43,900 nucleotides of DNA. Source: an uncultured Acidobacteriota bacterium. GTDB lineage: Bacteria; Acidobacteriota; UBA6911. Positions within the stretch are counted from its first letter, which is position 1; each line of letters opens with the position of its first letter. The notes below the pieces were generated by a model. It was not told the origin of the DNA. It ran no database searches and was given only the letters and a program-made list of their open reading frames with translations. This document shows, piece after piece, positions 9,902 to 20,300 of this stretch. The translations under genes and the position numbers were made by a program. The DNA is taken from contig CAWEJX010000018.1 of assembly GCA_963809485.1 (NCBI GenBank), forward strand, positions 1-43,900. The letters run 5' to 3'.

Positions 9902-11110
9902 ATGTCCAGTCCTGAACCGTTTTATCCGCAGTCTGTTTTTGCAGGACCCGCTGCCGGTTTGAAGCAACCGCCGCGCGTTTTCATTTCACCGCATCGGTAT
10001 ATCCAGGGCGAAGGAGTGATCGACAGCCTGGGACGCTACCTTTCAATCCTTCCGAGCCGGAGGCCCCTGCTTTTGATGACCGCCGGCGGCAGTCGGCGTT
10101 TCGGGCAGCGAATCCAGGCAGGTTTTGCCGGAACAGCTATCGAATCGCGGGTGGAAATTTTCCGCGGGGAGTGCTCCACGGAGGAGGTCGAACGCATCAC
10201 GGAAGAGGTTCAAACAGCAGGGCCACCCATGGATTCCGTTGTCGCGGCTGGAGGCGGGAAATGCCTGGATGCCGGCAAGTGCGTGGCCAGCCGCCTTGGC
10301 GTGCCGGTGGTCATCTGTCCGACGATCGCGTCTACCGACGCCCCCTGTTCAGCCGTTTCCGTCATGTATACGCCCGAGGGCGTCGGCAAAGGCCCCGAGT
10401 TTTTCCGAAGCAGCCCGGCGCTCGTGATCGTCGATACGGTCATCATAGCCTCGTCTCCCATACGGCACCTCATCGCCGGTATGGGAGATGCCCTTGCCAC
10501 ATGCTATGAAGCCCGCACCTGCTTCCGGAACCCGGCGGCGCGGTCCATGGTGGGAGGGCGCGTAACGCTCGCCGCCCTCACGCTTGCAGAACTGTGCGCC
10601 AAAACCGTTTTTAAAGACGGAAAACGGGCAGTGGAAGCGCTACGGAACGGCAGGATCGACCCATCGGTGGAGCGCATTATTGAAGCCAACACGCTCCTAA
10701 GCGGCATCGGATTTGAAAGCGGCGGATTGGCGGCGGCTCATGCTCTTGCCGCGGGATTGACCGTTATTCCCGTATTGCACCGCGAGTTTCTGCATGGGGA
10801 ACTTATCAGCATCGGCCTGATCACTCATCTGATTTTGGAGAACGAGCCGGAAGAAGCGCGGAGGGTAGCGCGTCTTCTTTCGGAGCTGGGGCTTCCCGTC
10901 CGGTTGAAGCAATACCGGCTTGATATGCAAAGCGATGCCGGCGCCCTTATGGAAGCTGCGAAGGCGGCGCTGAAAGAGCCTTTTGCCGGCAATGAGCCCT
11001 TCGAAGTCACTCCCGAAAAACTGTTCTCCGCGCTGGGCGAGGCAGACCGGCTGGGCACGGAAATTGTCGCAGAAACGGGCGATGCTTTGTTCCAGATTCT
11101 TCACTCGTAA
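9902..11110 (+). CDS. gldA: Glycerol dehydrogenase
   Basis: SPHRYIQG, GGGKCLD, PTIASTDAPCS, AGMGDALAT, GFESGGLAAAH, LHGE. Confidence 0.88.
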   Translation: MSSPEPFYPQSVFAGPAAGLKQPPRVFISPHRYIQGEGVIDSLGRYLSILPSRRPLLLMTAGGSRRFGQRIQAGFAGTAIESRVEIFRGECSTEEVERITEEVQTAGPPMDSVVAAGGGKCLDAGKCVASRLGVPVVICPTIASTDAPCSAVSVMYTPEGVGKGPEFFRSSPALVIVDTVIIASSPIRHLIAGMGDALATCYEARTCFRNPAARSMVGGRVTLAALTLAELCAKTVFKDGKRAVEALRNGRIDPSVERIIEANTLLSGIGFESGGLAAAHALAAGLTVIPVLHREFLHGELISIGLITHLILENEPEEARRVARLLSELGLPVRLKQYRLDMQSDAGALMEAAKAALKEPFAGNEPFEVTPEKLFSALGEADRLGTEIVAETGDALFQILHS

Positions 11111-11177
11111 TCCAAACATGGAAGCGGTTTCTGCGGTATAATCGTAGGCAAGAAGTCCTGCCCAAAGGAGATCTGCC

Positions 11178-11960
11178 ATGGCCGATGATTCTTATCGGGC
11201 AATAAAGTCGCTGTTGGCCAGCACGCGTCCGGAAGAGTTGCGTGAAGGGCTGAATCTGATCGAAAAGGAAATCGCCAAAACCGGATCGAGGGATTCGAAA
11301 CCGCTGTTCGAAATTCTGTCGACACTCTTCTATATAGATACCCTGGACCAACCGGAACTGGTTCCCATCCTGAATCAAGCCATAAGCCTGGCGGTCGGCT
11401 TCGGCGCATGGGTCATCCCTGTTCTGGTGGACAACCTGAATGCCGGGGATTTCAAGGCTCAGTGGGCGATCGCGCATGTGCTGGGGCGCATGGGCGCTGA
11501 TTCGATCGATCCCATTCTGACAAAATATGCGTGGTCGTCCGACCCGTTGCTTCGCGCCTTTCTCCTTTATGCACTGGGAAAAATAAAATCTCCCAAAGTC
11601 CTTCAGGCGGCCCCGCTGGCTCTCGAGGCGGCGCACTCGCCGGACCTGGAGTTGCGCGATACGGCAACCCGCACATTGGGCAAGCTGGTGGAATCCATCG
11701 CGCCGGCTCAGATGTCCCGGCAGCTGAAGCAGCAATTTCTGGACTGCCTGTATGCCAACCTGTCGGATGCCAATGGGTGTGTTCGCGCCAAGGCCATACG
11801 CAGCCTGGGCAAAATGGCCAAATACGGTCATCTGACAGATACGGAGCGCGGGCAGCTCAAAGCAGCCTGTCACCGTATCCTGGGCCTGGATGAGGATCAC
11901 GAGTGGGATCGTGCATTCGTCGCCCGCAAAGAAGCGGAGGAAGCTCTCGCACAGACCTGA
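11178..11960 (+). CDS. HEAT-repeat protein
   Basis: Repeated helical units (LRAFLLYALGKI, LRDTATRTLGKL, VRAKAIRSLGKM); AAGGAG RBS. Confidence 0.85.
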   Translation: MADDSYRAIKSLLASTRPEELREGLNLIEKEIAKTGSRDSKPLFEILSTLFYIDTLDQPELVPILNQAISLAVGFGAWVIPVLVDNLNAGDFKAQWAIAHVLGRMGADSIDPILTKYAWSSDPLLRAFLLYALGKIKSPKVLQAAPLALEAAHSPDLELRDTATRTLGKLVESIAPAQMSRQLKQQFLDCLYANLSDANGCVRAKAIRSLGKMAKYGHLTDTERGQLKAACHRILGLDEDHEWDRAFVARKEAEEALAQT

Positions 11961-12004
11961 GCCGGGTTTCTGCCGTGCCATAAACCTGTCATTGAGGAGG
12001 AATC

Positions 12005-13030
12005 GTGAATTTGCGCACTTTGCTGAGCGTCTGGATTGTCGCAGGCCTTGTTTCCATTGTTGAACCGGCGATGAGCGAAAATTACCCCGTAATCCTGCGC
12101 GGCAAGGTTACCATGCCGGACGGCTCACCGCCCCCCATTATCGTGGGACTGGAGAGGGTCTGCAGCGACTATAGCGGCTCCAGGCCCGGGCCTCTGACCG
12201 ATAAAAAAGGCGAGTTCATATGGCGCATGGATGTGGACCCGATGCGGACCCGGTCGTGCGTGATCCGTGCGACGCACGCCGGGTATGAATCCACCTCCAT
12301 CGACATCTCCGCTCTCCATGGATACATGGACACCAACGTCAATCTTGAGCCGATCGTTATCTCTTCCCGCACCGCCGATCCATACGCCATCATCATCGCC
12401 GAAGCCAAGGTGCCTCTGCGTTCGAGGTCCAAATTCAAGGATGCGATGAAGGCCATGGATGCGGGGGATTACCCGGAGGCGCTGCGTTGCATCCAGGCAG
12501 CCGTTGAGGCAGAAGCTAAATTCCCGCTCGGCTGGCATGCGCTGGGAGTTCTCGCTGAAACTCAAAACAATCCGCAACTGGCACGCGAAGCCTATAAAAA
12601 AGCCCTTCAGTACGATCCAAAGCTGCTTCCAGCCCACATGACTCTGCTGCGACTCGGAATCAAGAGCAAGGATTGGGAAAGTGCGGCCGCAAGCGCGGAG
12701 ACACTTATCAAACTGGATAAAAAGCGGGAATACCGCGAGGCATACATTCATCAGGCAGTAGCGCTTTACGGATTGAAGCGCCTGGACGAGGCGGCCGCTA
12801 GCGCACAGGAGGCTTTGCGTTTGGATGAGTACCACCAAAACCCGCGCGTGGAGTACATTTTGGGCCGTATTCTGGAAGCCAAGGGGGATCTTGAAGGCGC
12901 CCGGGCGCACATGACCCGGTATCTGGAATTGGACAAGAAGGCTCCGGACGGGGAATTGATCCGGAAGCACCTCGAACTCCTGGGAAAAGCGGAGGCGGCA
13001 TCCGTGGAACCTGAACTGGAGCACCTGTAA
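12005..13030 (+). CDS. Secreted TPR protein with an N-terminal carboxypeptidase-regulatory-like domain
   Basis: Signal peptide, LRGKVTMPDG beta domain and several TPRs; GAGGAGG RBS. Confidence 0.85.
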   Translation: MNLRTLLSVWIVAGLVSIVEPAMSENYPVILRGKVTMPDGSPPPIIVGLERVCSDYSGSRPGPLTDKKGEFIWRMDVDPMRTRSCVIRATHAGYESTSIDISALHGYMDTNVNLEPIVISSRTADPYAIIIAEAKVPLRSRSKFKDAMKAMDAGDYPEALRCIQAAVEAEAKFPLGWHALGVLAETQNNPQLAREAYKKALQYDPKLLPAHMTLLRLGIKSKDWESAAASAETLIKLDKKREYREAYIHQAVALYGLKRLDEAAASAQEALRLDEYHQNPRVEYILGRILEAKGDLEGARAHMTRYLELDKKAPDGELIRKHLELLGKAEAASVEPELEHL

Positions 13031-13084
13031 CGCCGCAGCACGGTATTAGCCGGCCGCGCGCAAGGCCGGAGCTTTTCATTTCTC

Positions 13085-13312
13085 AGTCAGGTACCTCCGG
13101 CAAGGCCGTAGGCTTGTAAGATTTGAACCGCTCAAAGCGGTTGGACTAGTTACGCCGGTCTTGAACGCTGACTTACGCGGGCAAAAGCCGACCCTCGCCG
13201 AACAAATCGGCGTTTGTCAGCGCTTTTATCAGCGTTTCTCAGCGTTTCAAAATACGGAACTGTCAAACTCTTTGAGTTTCCCGGCAGAGCCGGGGTTTTA
13301 CCTATGTAATCA
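13085..13312 (-). mobile_element. Non-autonomous IS200/IS605-like palindromic element, copy A (228 bp, inner hairpin absent)
   Basis: Near-identical to the copies at 19170, 20433 and 40078. Carries the end hairpins CCTCCGGCAAGGCCGTAGG, AACCGCTCAAAGCGGTT and CCCGGCAGAGCCGGG. Confidence 0.8.
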
Positions 13313-13323
13313 GAGGTACTGCT

Positions 13324-13611
13324 ATGAAGGTATATGCGGTTCCCAATATCGCCACGCCTGGAAGGCCGGTTCTTTTCAATCCCGAGATTTGCGACGGCTG
13401 CAATACCTGCCTGGAACGCTGCCCGGTCGATGTTTTCATCCCCAACCCGGAAGCCGGCGGCTGCCCCATCATCCTGCATCCGGACGAATGCTGGTATTGC
13501 GGCACCTGCGTCAACGATTGCCCGCGGCCCGGAGCCGTCAAATTCAACTGGCCGCTGGAACAGAGGGGATATTGGAAACGGAAGGAGAACGGCCGGATTT
13601 TCCGCGTCTGA
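13324..13611 (+). CDS. 2x[4Fe-4S] ferredoxin, AprB-like
   Basis: CDGCNTCLERCP and CWYCGTCVNDCP. Confidence 0.9.
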   Translation: MKVYAVPNIATPGRPVLFNPEICDGCNTCLERCPVDVFIPNPEAGGCPIILHPDECWYCGTCVNDCPRPGAVKFNWPLEQRGYWKRKENGRIFRV

Positions 13612-13752
13612 GGAAATGGCTCCAGGGTTCAGATTCGGGCACTTTTCTCCCTAACCTTCAATCCGGAGCCTATAGCCTTGCAGGCGCAATACTCTTTTCC
13701 GGTGACTTTGGAAAACATGCATTCAGTTGAACCGGCATGCGGAGGCAATGCA

Positions 13753-15645
13753 ATGACTACATTCCATGAATTTATCGGGGATAAAGGCCATGCGCCCGAA
13801 TGGCCCTATCCCATTCACTACGAACGGGAGCAGGAGGTTGAGACCGATGTCCTGGTCATCGGGGGCGGCATTGCCGGCTGTTGGGCAGCCATAAGCGCAG
13901 CGCGAAAAGGAGCGAAGGTCGCTCTGGTGGAAAAGTCGGCCACCATACGAAGCGGCGCCGGAGGGCCCGGGTGCGATCACTGGTGCGATACCGCCGCGAA
14001 TCCGCTGTCAAAAGTCGATCCCGACCAGTGGGCCCGGAAGCTCACCGACGGCTTCGGCGGCTACGGCTGCGGCATAGGACGCGAAATACAATGCCGCGAA
14101 AATTATGACACCCTGCTGGAGCTCGAGAAGATGGGGGGCAAAATACGGGACGATGACGACCACTTCAAGGGCGCGGAGGGCCGGGACGAAAAAACCAAAT
14201 TCATGATTTCGCCCCGGATGAATCCCGATCACGACACAAACGTTGTAGTCCGCGTCTGGGGAACGACATTTAAACCAGCGCTGAAGAAAGAATGCGACCG
14301 CCTCGGGGTGCAAATCTACGACCGGATCATGGCCACCAGCCTGCTCACGGAAAAGGGGATTCAGGGCGCAAGGGTTGTCGGAGCCACGGGGCTGAACAGC
14401 CGGACGGGCGAATTCATGATTTTCAAGGCCCGGGCCACAATACTCTGTTCCTCCGGAGGCGGATCGGTGTGGCTCATAAACACCGAACTGGCCGGCTACA
14501 GCACCATGACGTCCCGCGCCATTTCCGGCGACGGCATCGCCATGGCCTGGAAGGCAGGGGCGGAATTCACTCTCATGGAAAAATCGGGAGTCATGGGGAT
14601 CGCGCCCGGCTACAAACACAAATGGTATACCGGCGCCGGAGATGCAAGCTATGAGAACGTCAAGCTGGTCGACGCGGGAGGGAAAGAGCTCCCGATAGTT
14701 ACGGAACCCGGCTGGGGAATGAGGCAGGTTGATCGCGTGGGTTTCGGCTGGGCGGCCATCCGCGAGAAGGTGCTTAAGGGCGAATATTCGCTGCCGTTCT
14801 ACGGAGATTTCCCCTCCATGCAGGAGATCGAGCGCAGGGCCACCTGGAACTTGTTGCTCGAAGAGGAATGCACCGGAAAAATCATAGTCGACACTTTCAC
14901 AGAAGCCGGATTCAACCCGCGCAAAGACATGCTGCAGAATTATGCGCTGCTGGAAGGCAACAGCCTGCCTCAATGGCGGGACGCAAGCGGGGGCGGCATG
15001 GTGATCGATTGGGATCTGAGGACCACACTCGAGGGGCTGTACGCCGCAGGGACACAGCTGTTCTCGCCGGGCGACCACAGCTTCGCCGCCGCCACCGGAA
15101 GGTATGCAGGGAGAAAAGCGGCGGCCTTTGCCCTGGATGCATCCGAGCCTGCGGTATCCAAAGACCAGGTCTCCCTTGAGAAAGCCAGAGTTTATGCCCC
15201 CATTAGCAGAAGCGAGGGGATGGACTGGAAGGAACTCCATGCGGGAATAGCCCGGGCGATGCAGTTCTTCTGCAGCGAATATAAGTCGGAGCCTTTGCTA
15301 CGGATGGGACTGGATACGCTCCAGGACATAGAGGAGAAATGGGTTCCCGCACTTCATGCCCTGGATCCGCACAAGCTGACCCGGGCCCTGGAGGACCTGA
15401 GCCTGTTAACCCATGCCAAAATCATCCTGCACGCCTCCCTGGCGCGCAAAGCCAGCAGCCGGTTTCTGGATTTTCACAGGATAGATTACCCACAACAGGA
15501 TCCGCTCGAGTGGCACAAATTCGTTACCGTAAAACTGGCAAATAACACGGTGACACCGGGAGAACGCCCTATCGGTTACTGGGGCGACCTCAAAACGAAT
15601 TACGAGGCAAACAACAGGGACTATACAGGCGTTTACCGAGAGTGA
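13753..15645 (+). CDS. FAD-binding oxidoreductase of the AprA/SdhA/NadB superfamily (AprA-like)
   Basis: DVLVIGGGIAG, VEKSATIRSGA, TTLEGLYAAG, ASLARKAS..HRIDYP; GGAGG RBS. Confidence 0.85.
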   Translation: MTTFHEFIGDKGHAPEWPYPIHYEREQEVETDVLVIGGGIAGCWAAISAARKGAKVALVEKSATIRSGAGGPGCDHWCDTAANPLSKVDPDQWARKLTDGFGGYGCGIGREIQCRENYDTLLELEKMGGKIRDDDDHFKGAEGRDEKTKFMISPRMNPDHDTNVVVRVWGTTFKPALKKECDRLGVQIYDRIMATSLLTEKGIQGARVVGATGLNSRTGEFMIFKARATILCSSGGGSVWLINTELAGYSTMTSRAISGDGIAMAWKAGAEFTLMEKSGVMGIAPGYKHKWYTGAGDASYENVKLVDAGGKELPIVTEPGWGMRQVDRVGFGWAAIREKVLKGEYSLPFYGDFPSMQEIERRATWNLLLEEECTGKIIVDTFTEAGFNPRKDMLQNYALLEGNSLPQWRDASGGGMVIDWDLRTTLEGLYAAGTQLFSPGDHSFAAATGRYAGRKAAAFALDASEPAVSKDQVSLEKARVYAPISRSEGMDWKELHAGIARAMQFFCSEYKSEPLLRMGLDTLQDIEEKWVPALHALDPHKLTRALEDLSLLTHAKIILHASLARKASSRFLDFHRIDYPQQDPLEWHKFVTVKLANNTVTPGERPIGYWGDLKTNYEANNRDYTGVYRE

Positions 15646-15929
15646 CAGGCGCTCGCCCGAATGCTGCCGAAGGCTCAAATCGCCGCGAATCCGGGCAACG
15701 GATTCCGCAGAGTCTGTGCGCACAAAGAATACCCCAAATAAAATAAAGAAGCGGTTCGCTATTCCTGACGATAAGGCTTTTCAGAGCCATGACTATGCCC
15801 GAGAAAATATCGAGCGGCAGAGGAAGACCATTCTATGCTGCCATCAAGGCGGGCCTCATGGCTGGAAAGAGATCATGGGGCAAGGAAAAGACTTTTTATC
15901 CCAAATTTGCCTGGTTCCACAGGATATAA

Positions 15930-17255
15930 ATGATGGCTTCGGATAAAATCAGCGCAGGACTCCTGATCCCTGCACTTGAAAGCCGTGCACATGTTCGCAA
16001 CCTTGCGGAAGCAACAGGATTGCTCTATATCGAAATCGAGGCGGACCAGCACTGCACAAGACCCAACGAACAATCCGCGCTTCAGCTCATCCATGCCAAA
16101 CCGGAGATCATCCTGGTTGACATAGACGATGCTCAAGCGGGCATTGCGTCTCTCGAAACCCTTCACTCGGCCCTCCCTGAGACCCGGTTACTTGCGATTT
16201 CGAAAAAGGCGGATCCTAAGCTCATCATCCAGGCCGTCCGAGCCGGGGCGCGTGAATTTCTTGCCAAGCCCATTCAGCCTGCCGGCCTGTCCCAGGCAAT
16301 CGACCGTCACATCGCCGACAAAAGGCGGATCCTGGAATCCAAGAAGCAAGGCAAGGTTTATTGCTTTACCGCCGGGAAGGAGGGCAGCGGCGTAACCTCG
16401 ATCGCCATCAATGTCGCCAGTGCATTTGCGGCGCTGCCGGAGACACGAGTAGCCCTCATGGACCTCGACAGCCCGGTCGGGGACGCTGCCATTTATCTGA
16501 ACCTGTCGTCCCAGCACAAAATTGAAGATGTTTTTTCAGCCGGATCGCGCCTTGACTCCCTGCTGCTGGAAAGCTGCATGAGCCCAGCTGACGGATTTTC
16601 CGTGCTGCCTGCCCCGAAAGAGTGGGGAAGACAAAAGCTGCCCAGCGTGGATACGCTGGCCAAGCTTCTCAAGGTAGCCGCGCAAACCTATACACATACC
16701 ATCATCGATCTTCCCCGCTCATTTCCTCCGGAGCAGATGCAGGTTGTGGCAAAAGCTTCCGAAATGGTCGTGGTCGTATTGAATCCCGAGCTGTCCTCGA
16801 TCTCCCGAACCGGTCATTTGCTGCGCAACCTGTCCAACTGCGAGGCTCCCGAGAAAATCCGTCTTGTGATCAACCGCAGCCACGATAACGACGAGATCGC
16901 TGCCGACATGATCGAAAAAGCCCTGCACTATCCCATCTACTTCAGGATCCCCGACAACTACAAGGATTCCGTGAAAGCGATGATGATGGGCAAGCCCCTG
17001 GCAAAGAACAGCAAATCGGACCTGGGCAACAGCTACCATCAACTGGCCCGCCAACTGACCGGCATACCCGAGCCCAAGGGACAGAACAGGCTTCGCGGCG
17101 GCGCTTCGCAGGCCGGAGCCTGGAAAAATCCGTTTGCCGGCCTATTTGCGTCGCGGCGCAAACCCGAGCGCCCGACCAGCCTGGAAGTCACCCCACGGCG
17201 CAGAAAGGGAGCTTCCGCAAATCATTTGCGGATGAACTTGCTGAACCGCTATTAG
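15930..17255 (+). CDS. Receiver + MinD/ParA-like ATPase (CpaE/TadZ-like)
   Basis: IILVDID receiver, QAVRAGAREFL, deviant Walker A GKEGSGVTS, LMDLD, IIDLP, RLVINR. Confidence 0.85.
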   Translation: MMASDKISAGLLIPALESRAHVRNLAEATGLLYIEIEADQHCTRPNEQSALQLIHAKPEIILVDIDDAQAGIASLETLHSALPETRLLAISKKADPKLIIQAVRAGAREFLAKPIQPAGLSQAIDRHIADKRRILESKKQGKVYCFTAGKEGSGVTSIAINVASAFAALPETRVALMDLDSPVGDAAIYLNLSSQHKIEDVFSAGSRLDSLLLESCMSPADGFSVLPAPKEWGRQKLPSVDTLAKLLKVAAQTYTHTIIDLPRSFPPEQMQVVAKASEMVVVVLNPELSSISRTGHLLRNLSNCEAPEKIRLVINRSHDNDEIAADMIEKALHYPIYFRIPDNYKDSVKAMMMGKPLAKNSKSDLGNSYHQLARQLTGIPEPKGQNRLRGGASQAGAWKNPFAGLFASRRKPERPTSLEVTPRRRKGASANHLRMNLLNRY

Positions 17256-17331
17256 GCGGTCTTGCAGAAACCTCACCCCTGAGCGCCTCGACACCTTTGC
17301 GTGATATCTCTCATCCGGATTTATCGAGCTG

Positions 17332-17422
17332 GCGCACGTCAGTGGTTCAAGCGAGTGAAGCGCCTTCAACCGCCTAAAGCGGTCTGCCATCATGTCTCCG
17401 GCCTTGCCGGAGTCTGTTGGCT
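17332..17422 (+). repeat. Diverged right-end half of the palindromic element family
   Basis: GCGCACGTCAGTGGTTCAAG...CAACCGCCTAAAGCGGT...CTCCGGCCTTGCCGGAG...TGGCT aligns to the reverse complement of the start of copy C. Confidence 0.6.
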
Positions 17423-17503
17423 CCATCATTATTGATCCGCCAACAGGCATTATTTATACTCTCGGGATTGTTTGCCAAGGGCAAAAGAAAGGAATCTGAA
17501 ATA

Positions 17504-18160
17504 ATGGCGATGACGCTGGCTGAACTCGAAAAGGAAGTAGTCCGCCTGAAAAAGCAGGTGGCGGAAAACGCATGGGCTAAAGACTATCTGGAAATATGGA
17601 AGCTGCAGTCCCTCTATTCGCACCTGTACCACGTGGGAAGGAATTCCGAAGTGCCGGGTCTATTCGCACAAAAAACGCCGGGCGTGGTCATGGAGATCGA
17701 AGACGCCGGAGTTTACGAGGGCATCCAAAGCGTGACCTATTTCTGGAATGAAGTCTTCAACGCAAATATCATGCACAGGACACCGGGATTCCTGGCGATC
17801 CACATGACTGTAAACCCGATCATAGAGATCAACAGCAAAGGCACCAAGGCAAAAGGCATCTGGCATTCCCACGGAGTATGTTCCTTCCCGGCCAACAACG
17901 TGATGAAGCAGTTCACCTGCCTGGGCAAATACGACATCGAGTATGTGAAAGAAGATGGGCAGTGGAAGTTCTGGAAATTCGCCTACCGCCTTACTTACAT
18001 GGCTCCCTATGAGAGAGGCTGGATGGAGGAACCGGTTGCCGCAAGCATCGCTGGCAATCCGAAAAACAGGCCGGATAAGCCCACCACCTACTTCATGCCT
18101 TACAGCAAGTATCGAATAAATGTTTTTCTGCCGCAGCCGCCCGAGCCGTACAAGGACTGA
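17504..18160 (+). CDS. NTF2/SnoaL-like protein
   Basis: EIWKLQSLYSH, HMTVNPIIEI..GTKAKGIW, YDIEYVKEDGQWKF. Confidence 0.85.
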   Translation: MAMTLAELEKEVVRLKKQVAENAWAKDYLEIWKLQSLYSHLYHVGRNSEVPGLFAQKTPGVVMEIEDAGVYEGIQSVTYFWNEVFNANIMHRTPGFLAIHMTVNPIIEINSKGTKAKGIWHSHGVCSFPANNVMKQFTCLGKYDIEYVKEDGQWKFWKFAYRLTYMAPYERGWMEEPVAASIAGNPKNRPDKPTTYFMPYSKYRINVFLPQPPEPYKD

Positions 18161-18256
18161 TATATAAAGATGATCCGAGGCCTGGAACCCCGCGGCTCAG
18201 GGGCTGAGCGAAAAGGCTCCAGGTCTCAAGGATTGCGAAGCCGTTAGCGATCCGGA

Positions 18257-18787
18257 TTAATATTTGAGAATGCTGCGGACATCGTATTTCGCGAGTTTTT
18301 CCCGGCCGTGCAGAGACGTGAGCTCGACAACGAAATCCAGCCCGATCACCGTTGCGCCCATCTTCTCAACTATCTCAGCCACCGCTTTCGCGGTGCCGCC
18401 GGTGGCGATCAGATCGTCGACGATCAGCACTCGCATGCCGGGAGCGATGGCGTCCTGGTGAATCTCCAGCTTGTCCGTGCCGTACTCCAGCTCATATTCC
18501 ATCTGAAAACTGGCAGCGGGAAGCTTTCCAGGTTTCCGCACGGGAACAAAGCCGGTTTGCAGAGCGTAGGCCACGGCCGGTGCGAAGATAAAGCCGCGCG
18601 CCTCGATGCCCACTACCATATCCACCTGTTTGCCCTTATAGGGAGCTACGAGAGCATCGATAGTCAGCGCCAGGCAGCGTCCCTGTTTGAGCAAAGTGGT
18701 CACATCATAAAAAAGAATGCCTTTTTTCGGCCAGTCGGGAATTTCCCGGATAGCTGCCTTGAGTTCTTTGATATGCTGTTCGTCCAT
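18257..18787 (-). CDS. apt: Adenine phosphoribosyltransferase
   Basis: [36 protein letters not shown] motif [13 protein letters not shown]. Confidence 0.97.
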   Translation of the reverse strand: MDEQHIKELKAAIREIPDWPKKGILFYDVTTLLKQGRCLALTIDALVAPYKGKQVDMVVGIEARGFIFAPAVAYALQTGFVPVRKPGKLPAASFQMEYELEYGTDKLEIHQDAIAPGMRVLIVDDLIATGGTAKAVAEIVEKMGATVIGLDFVVELTSLHGREKLAKYDVRSILKY

Positions 18788-18788
18788 C

Positions 18789-19070
18789 TCACCATCCTTC
18801 AATTAGAAAAGAGCTGTACTCACCCCTAACCGCAGTGTCAAAAACCTCGATGCGCTGAACGCGGGAAAGCGATGAACCTCGCTCTACCAGTTTGATAAAT
18901 TCGGCAATTTTGCCTGCGCCCCCTTCGACATGTATCTCAACCGTGGAATCCGGCAGGTTGCGAACATCGCCGACCAGGCCCAGCCGCATACCTGCGTTTC
19001 GGACGAAGTAGCGGAATCCGACTCCCTGAACCCTTCCATGCACCACAATTTGTTTCGCCTGAACGGCCAT
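18789..19070 (-). CDS. acyP: Acylphosphatase
   Basis: [22 protein letters not shown]. Confidence 0.95.
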   Translation of the reverse strand: MAVQAKQIVVHGRVQGVGFRYFVRNAGMRLGLVGDVRNLPDSTVEIHVEGGAGKIAEFIKLVERGSSLSRVQRIEVFDTAVRGEYSSFLIEGW

Positions 19071-19169
19071 TGCACACTTCTCGAGCCTCGGGCCGGAGCA
19101 AACGCCACAGAGCTTAGCGCATACCCTGCCCCGCCATCAAGGGCAACCCTGACATCAACAGCAGCCGCG

Positions 19170-19572
19170 AGTCAGGTATCTCCGGCAAAGCCGGAGGTTT
19201 AAACGATTGGAACCGCTCAAAGCGGTTGGACTAGTTACCCCGGTCTTGAACGCTGACTTACGCGGGCAAAAGCCGATGAGGCGCTTCCGATCCCCGCTGG
19301 GGCCAGCGCTCCGCGCTGAACAGTTTTCTGCGGCGGCACTGTGGCAAGCGCCGTGCGGCAAGCAGATGAAGGGTATGAGAAACCGGGCGTTTGCCACAGT
19401 GCGGCCGCAGAAAACTCCATCGGAAGCGCCTCATCGGCTTTTGCTCGCCGACCCTCGCCGAACAAATCTGCGTTTGTCAGCGCTTTTATCAGCGTTTCTC
19501 AGCGTTTCAAAATACGGAGCTGTCAAACTCTTTGAATCCCCCGGCAGAGACGGGGAGTTACCAATGTAATTA
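19170..19572 (-). mobile_element. Non-autonomous IS200/IS605-like palindromic element, copy B (403 bp, two nested inner inverted repeats)
   Basis: A perfect 26-bp IR (19266-19291/19419-19444) encloses a 31-bp IR with 2 mismatches (19322-19352/19386-19416). Ends are the same as in the other copies. Confidence 0.85.
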
Positions 19573-19644
19573 CGGAATTACAGGAATTCTGCTGCTTCGG
19601 GCAGCCAATTCAAGATGATTTGCATCTGCTTCTCACAGCGCAAA

Positions 19645-19944
19645 TCAGAATTTGGGCGTCTCGGTCCCAAGGTAGCTGTTGCTTTGAACATATCGGAACC
19701 AGTTCATGGCAACGAGAAGCACGTGGTATTTCTGGGCAGCCTCGATGCTCGGAAATTGTTCCACCCCCCAGCCAAGAAACTGCTCCGAATTCCATCCGGA
19801 GAAACACGAGATCACGTCTTTACCTTTGACCTTTTTCAGAGCCTCCTGGACGCGCACCCGCAAATTCTTCTTCTCACCTTCAGACAGCTGGTACCAGGCT
19901 TCCGTGGGATTGTATGTGTAAAGCTTGTAGATTGTCTGCGCCAT
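19645..19944 (-). CDS. Small hypothetical protein (possible ferredoxin-like alpha+beta barrel)
   Basis: GGGAGG RBS; TEAWYQLS...GVEQFPSIEA...NWFRY..LGT. Confidence 0.7.
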   Translation of the reverse strand: MAQTIYKLYTYNPTEAWYQLSEGEKKNLRVRVQEALKKVKGKDVISCFSGWNSEQFLGWGVEQFPSIEAAQKYHVLLVAMNWFRYVQSNSYLGTETPKF

Positions 19945-20300
19945 ATGGTAAACCTCCCTGTTTTGAAGCCGATTTCCTTGTTTTTGTAAAGCAATTCCCC
20001 ATTTGTTCATTGAGACAGATTCTATGACACCCCATCACTGAATGAAACCGTTCTTTTTCCCGCCGCCCGGCGGAATCGGGTGAATTAAGATTATGGATAT
20101 AAAGGGGATTTGGCCGATATAGAATAGGCGGGATGGCGGGCCGGATTGAGGGCCGGTCATGAATACAGGAAGAGGCACGCAGCAGGCATCCTCCCGCGGG
20201 GCCGAAGGCTATACGGCCGCAGGCCATTCCAGGGGGCCTGTTCGCGGCCAGGAAAATTTTAAACCGGTTTCACGCGCCATAAACATCTGTAAAGCTTTTA

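Noticed and set aside
13753-15645. Calling this gene aprA or sdhA
   Set aside because: The sequence is divergent and lacks pathway context, so only a superfamily-level call is justified.
15650-15930. Possible riboswitch (for example c-di-GMP) upstream of the CpaE-like gene
   Set aside because: No recognisable conserved aptamer motif was found by eye.
19207-19569. Similar ORFs in the repeat copies (EPLKAVGLVTPVLNADLRGQKP...; also 13161, 20509 and the end of 39626)
   Set aside because: They arise from the repeat itself. There is no RBS, the starts are TTG, and the 64-bp deletion in copy A breaks the frame.
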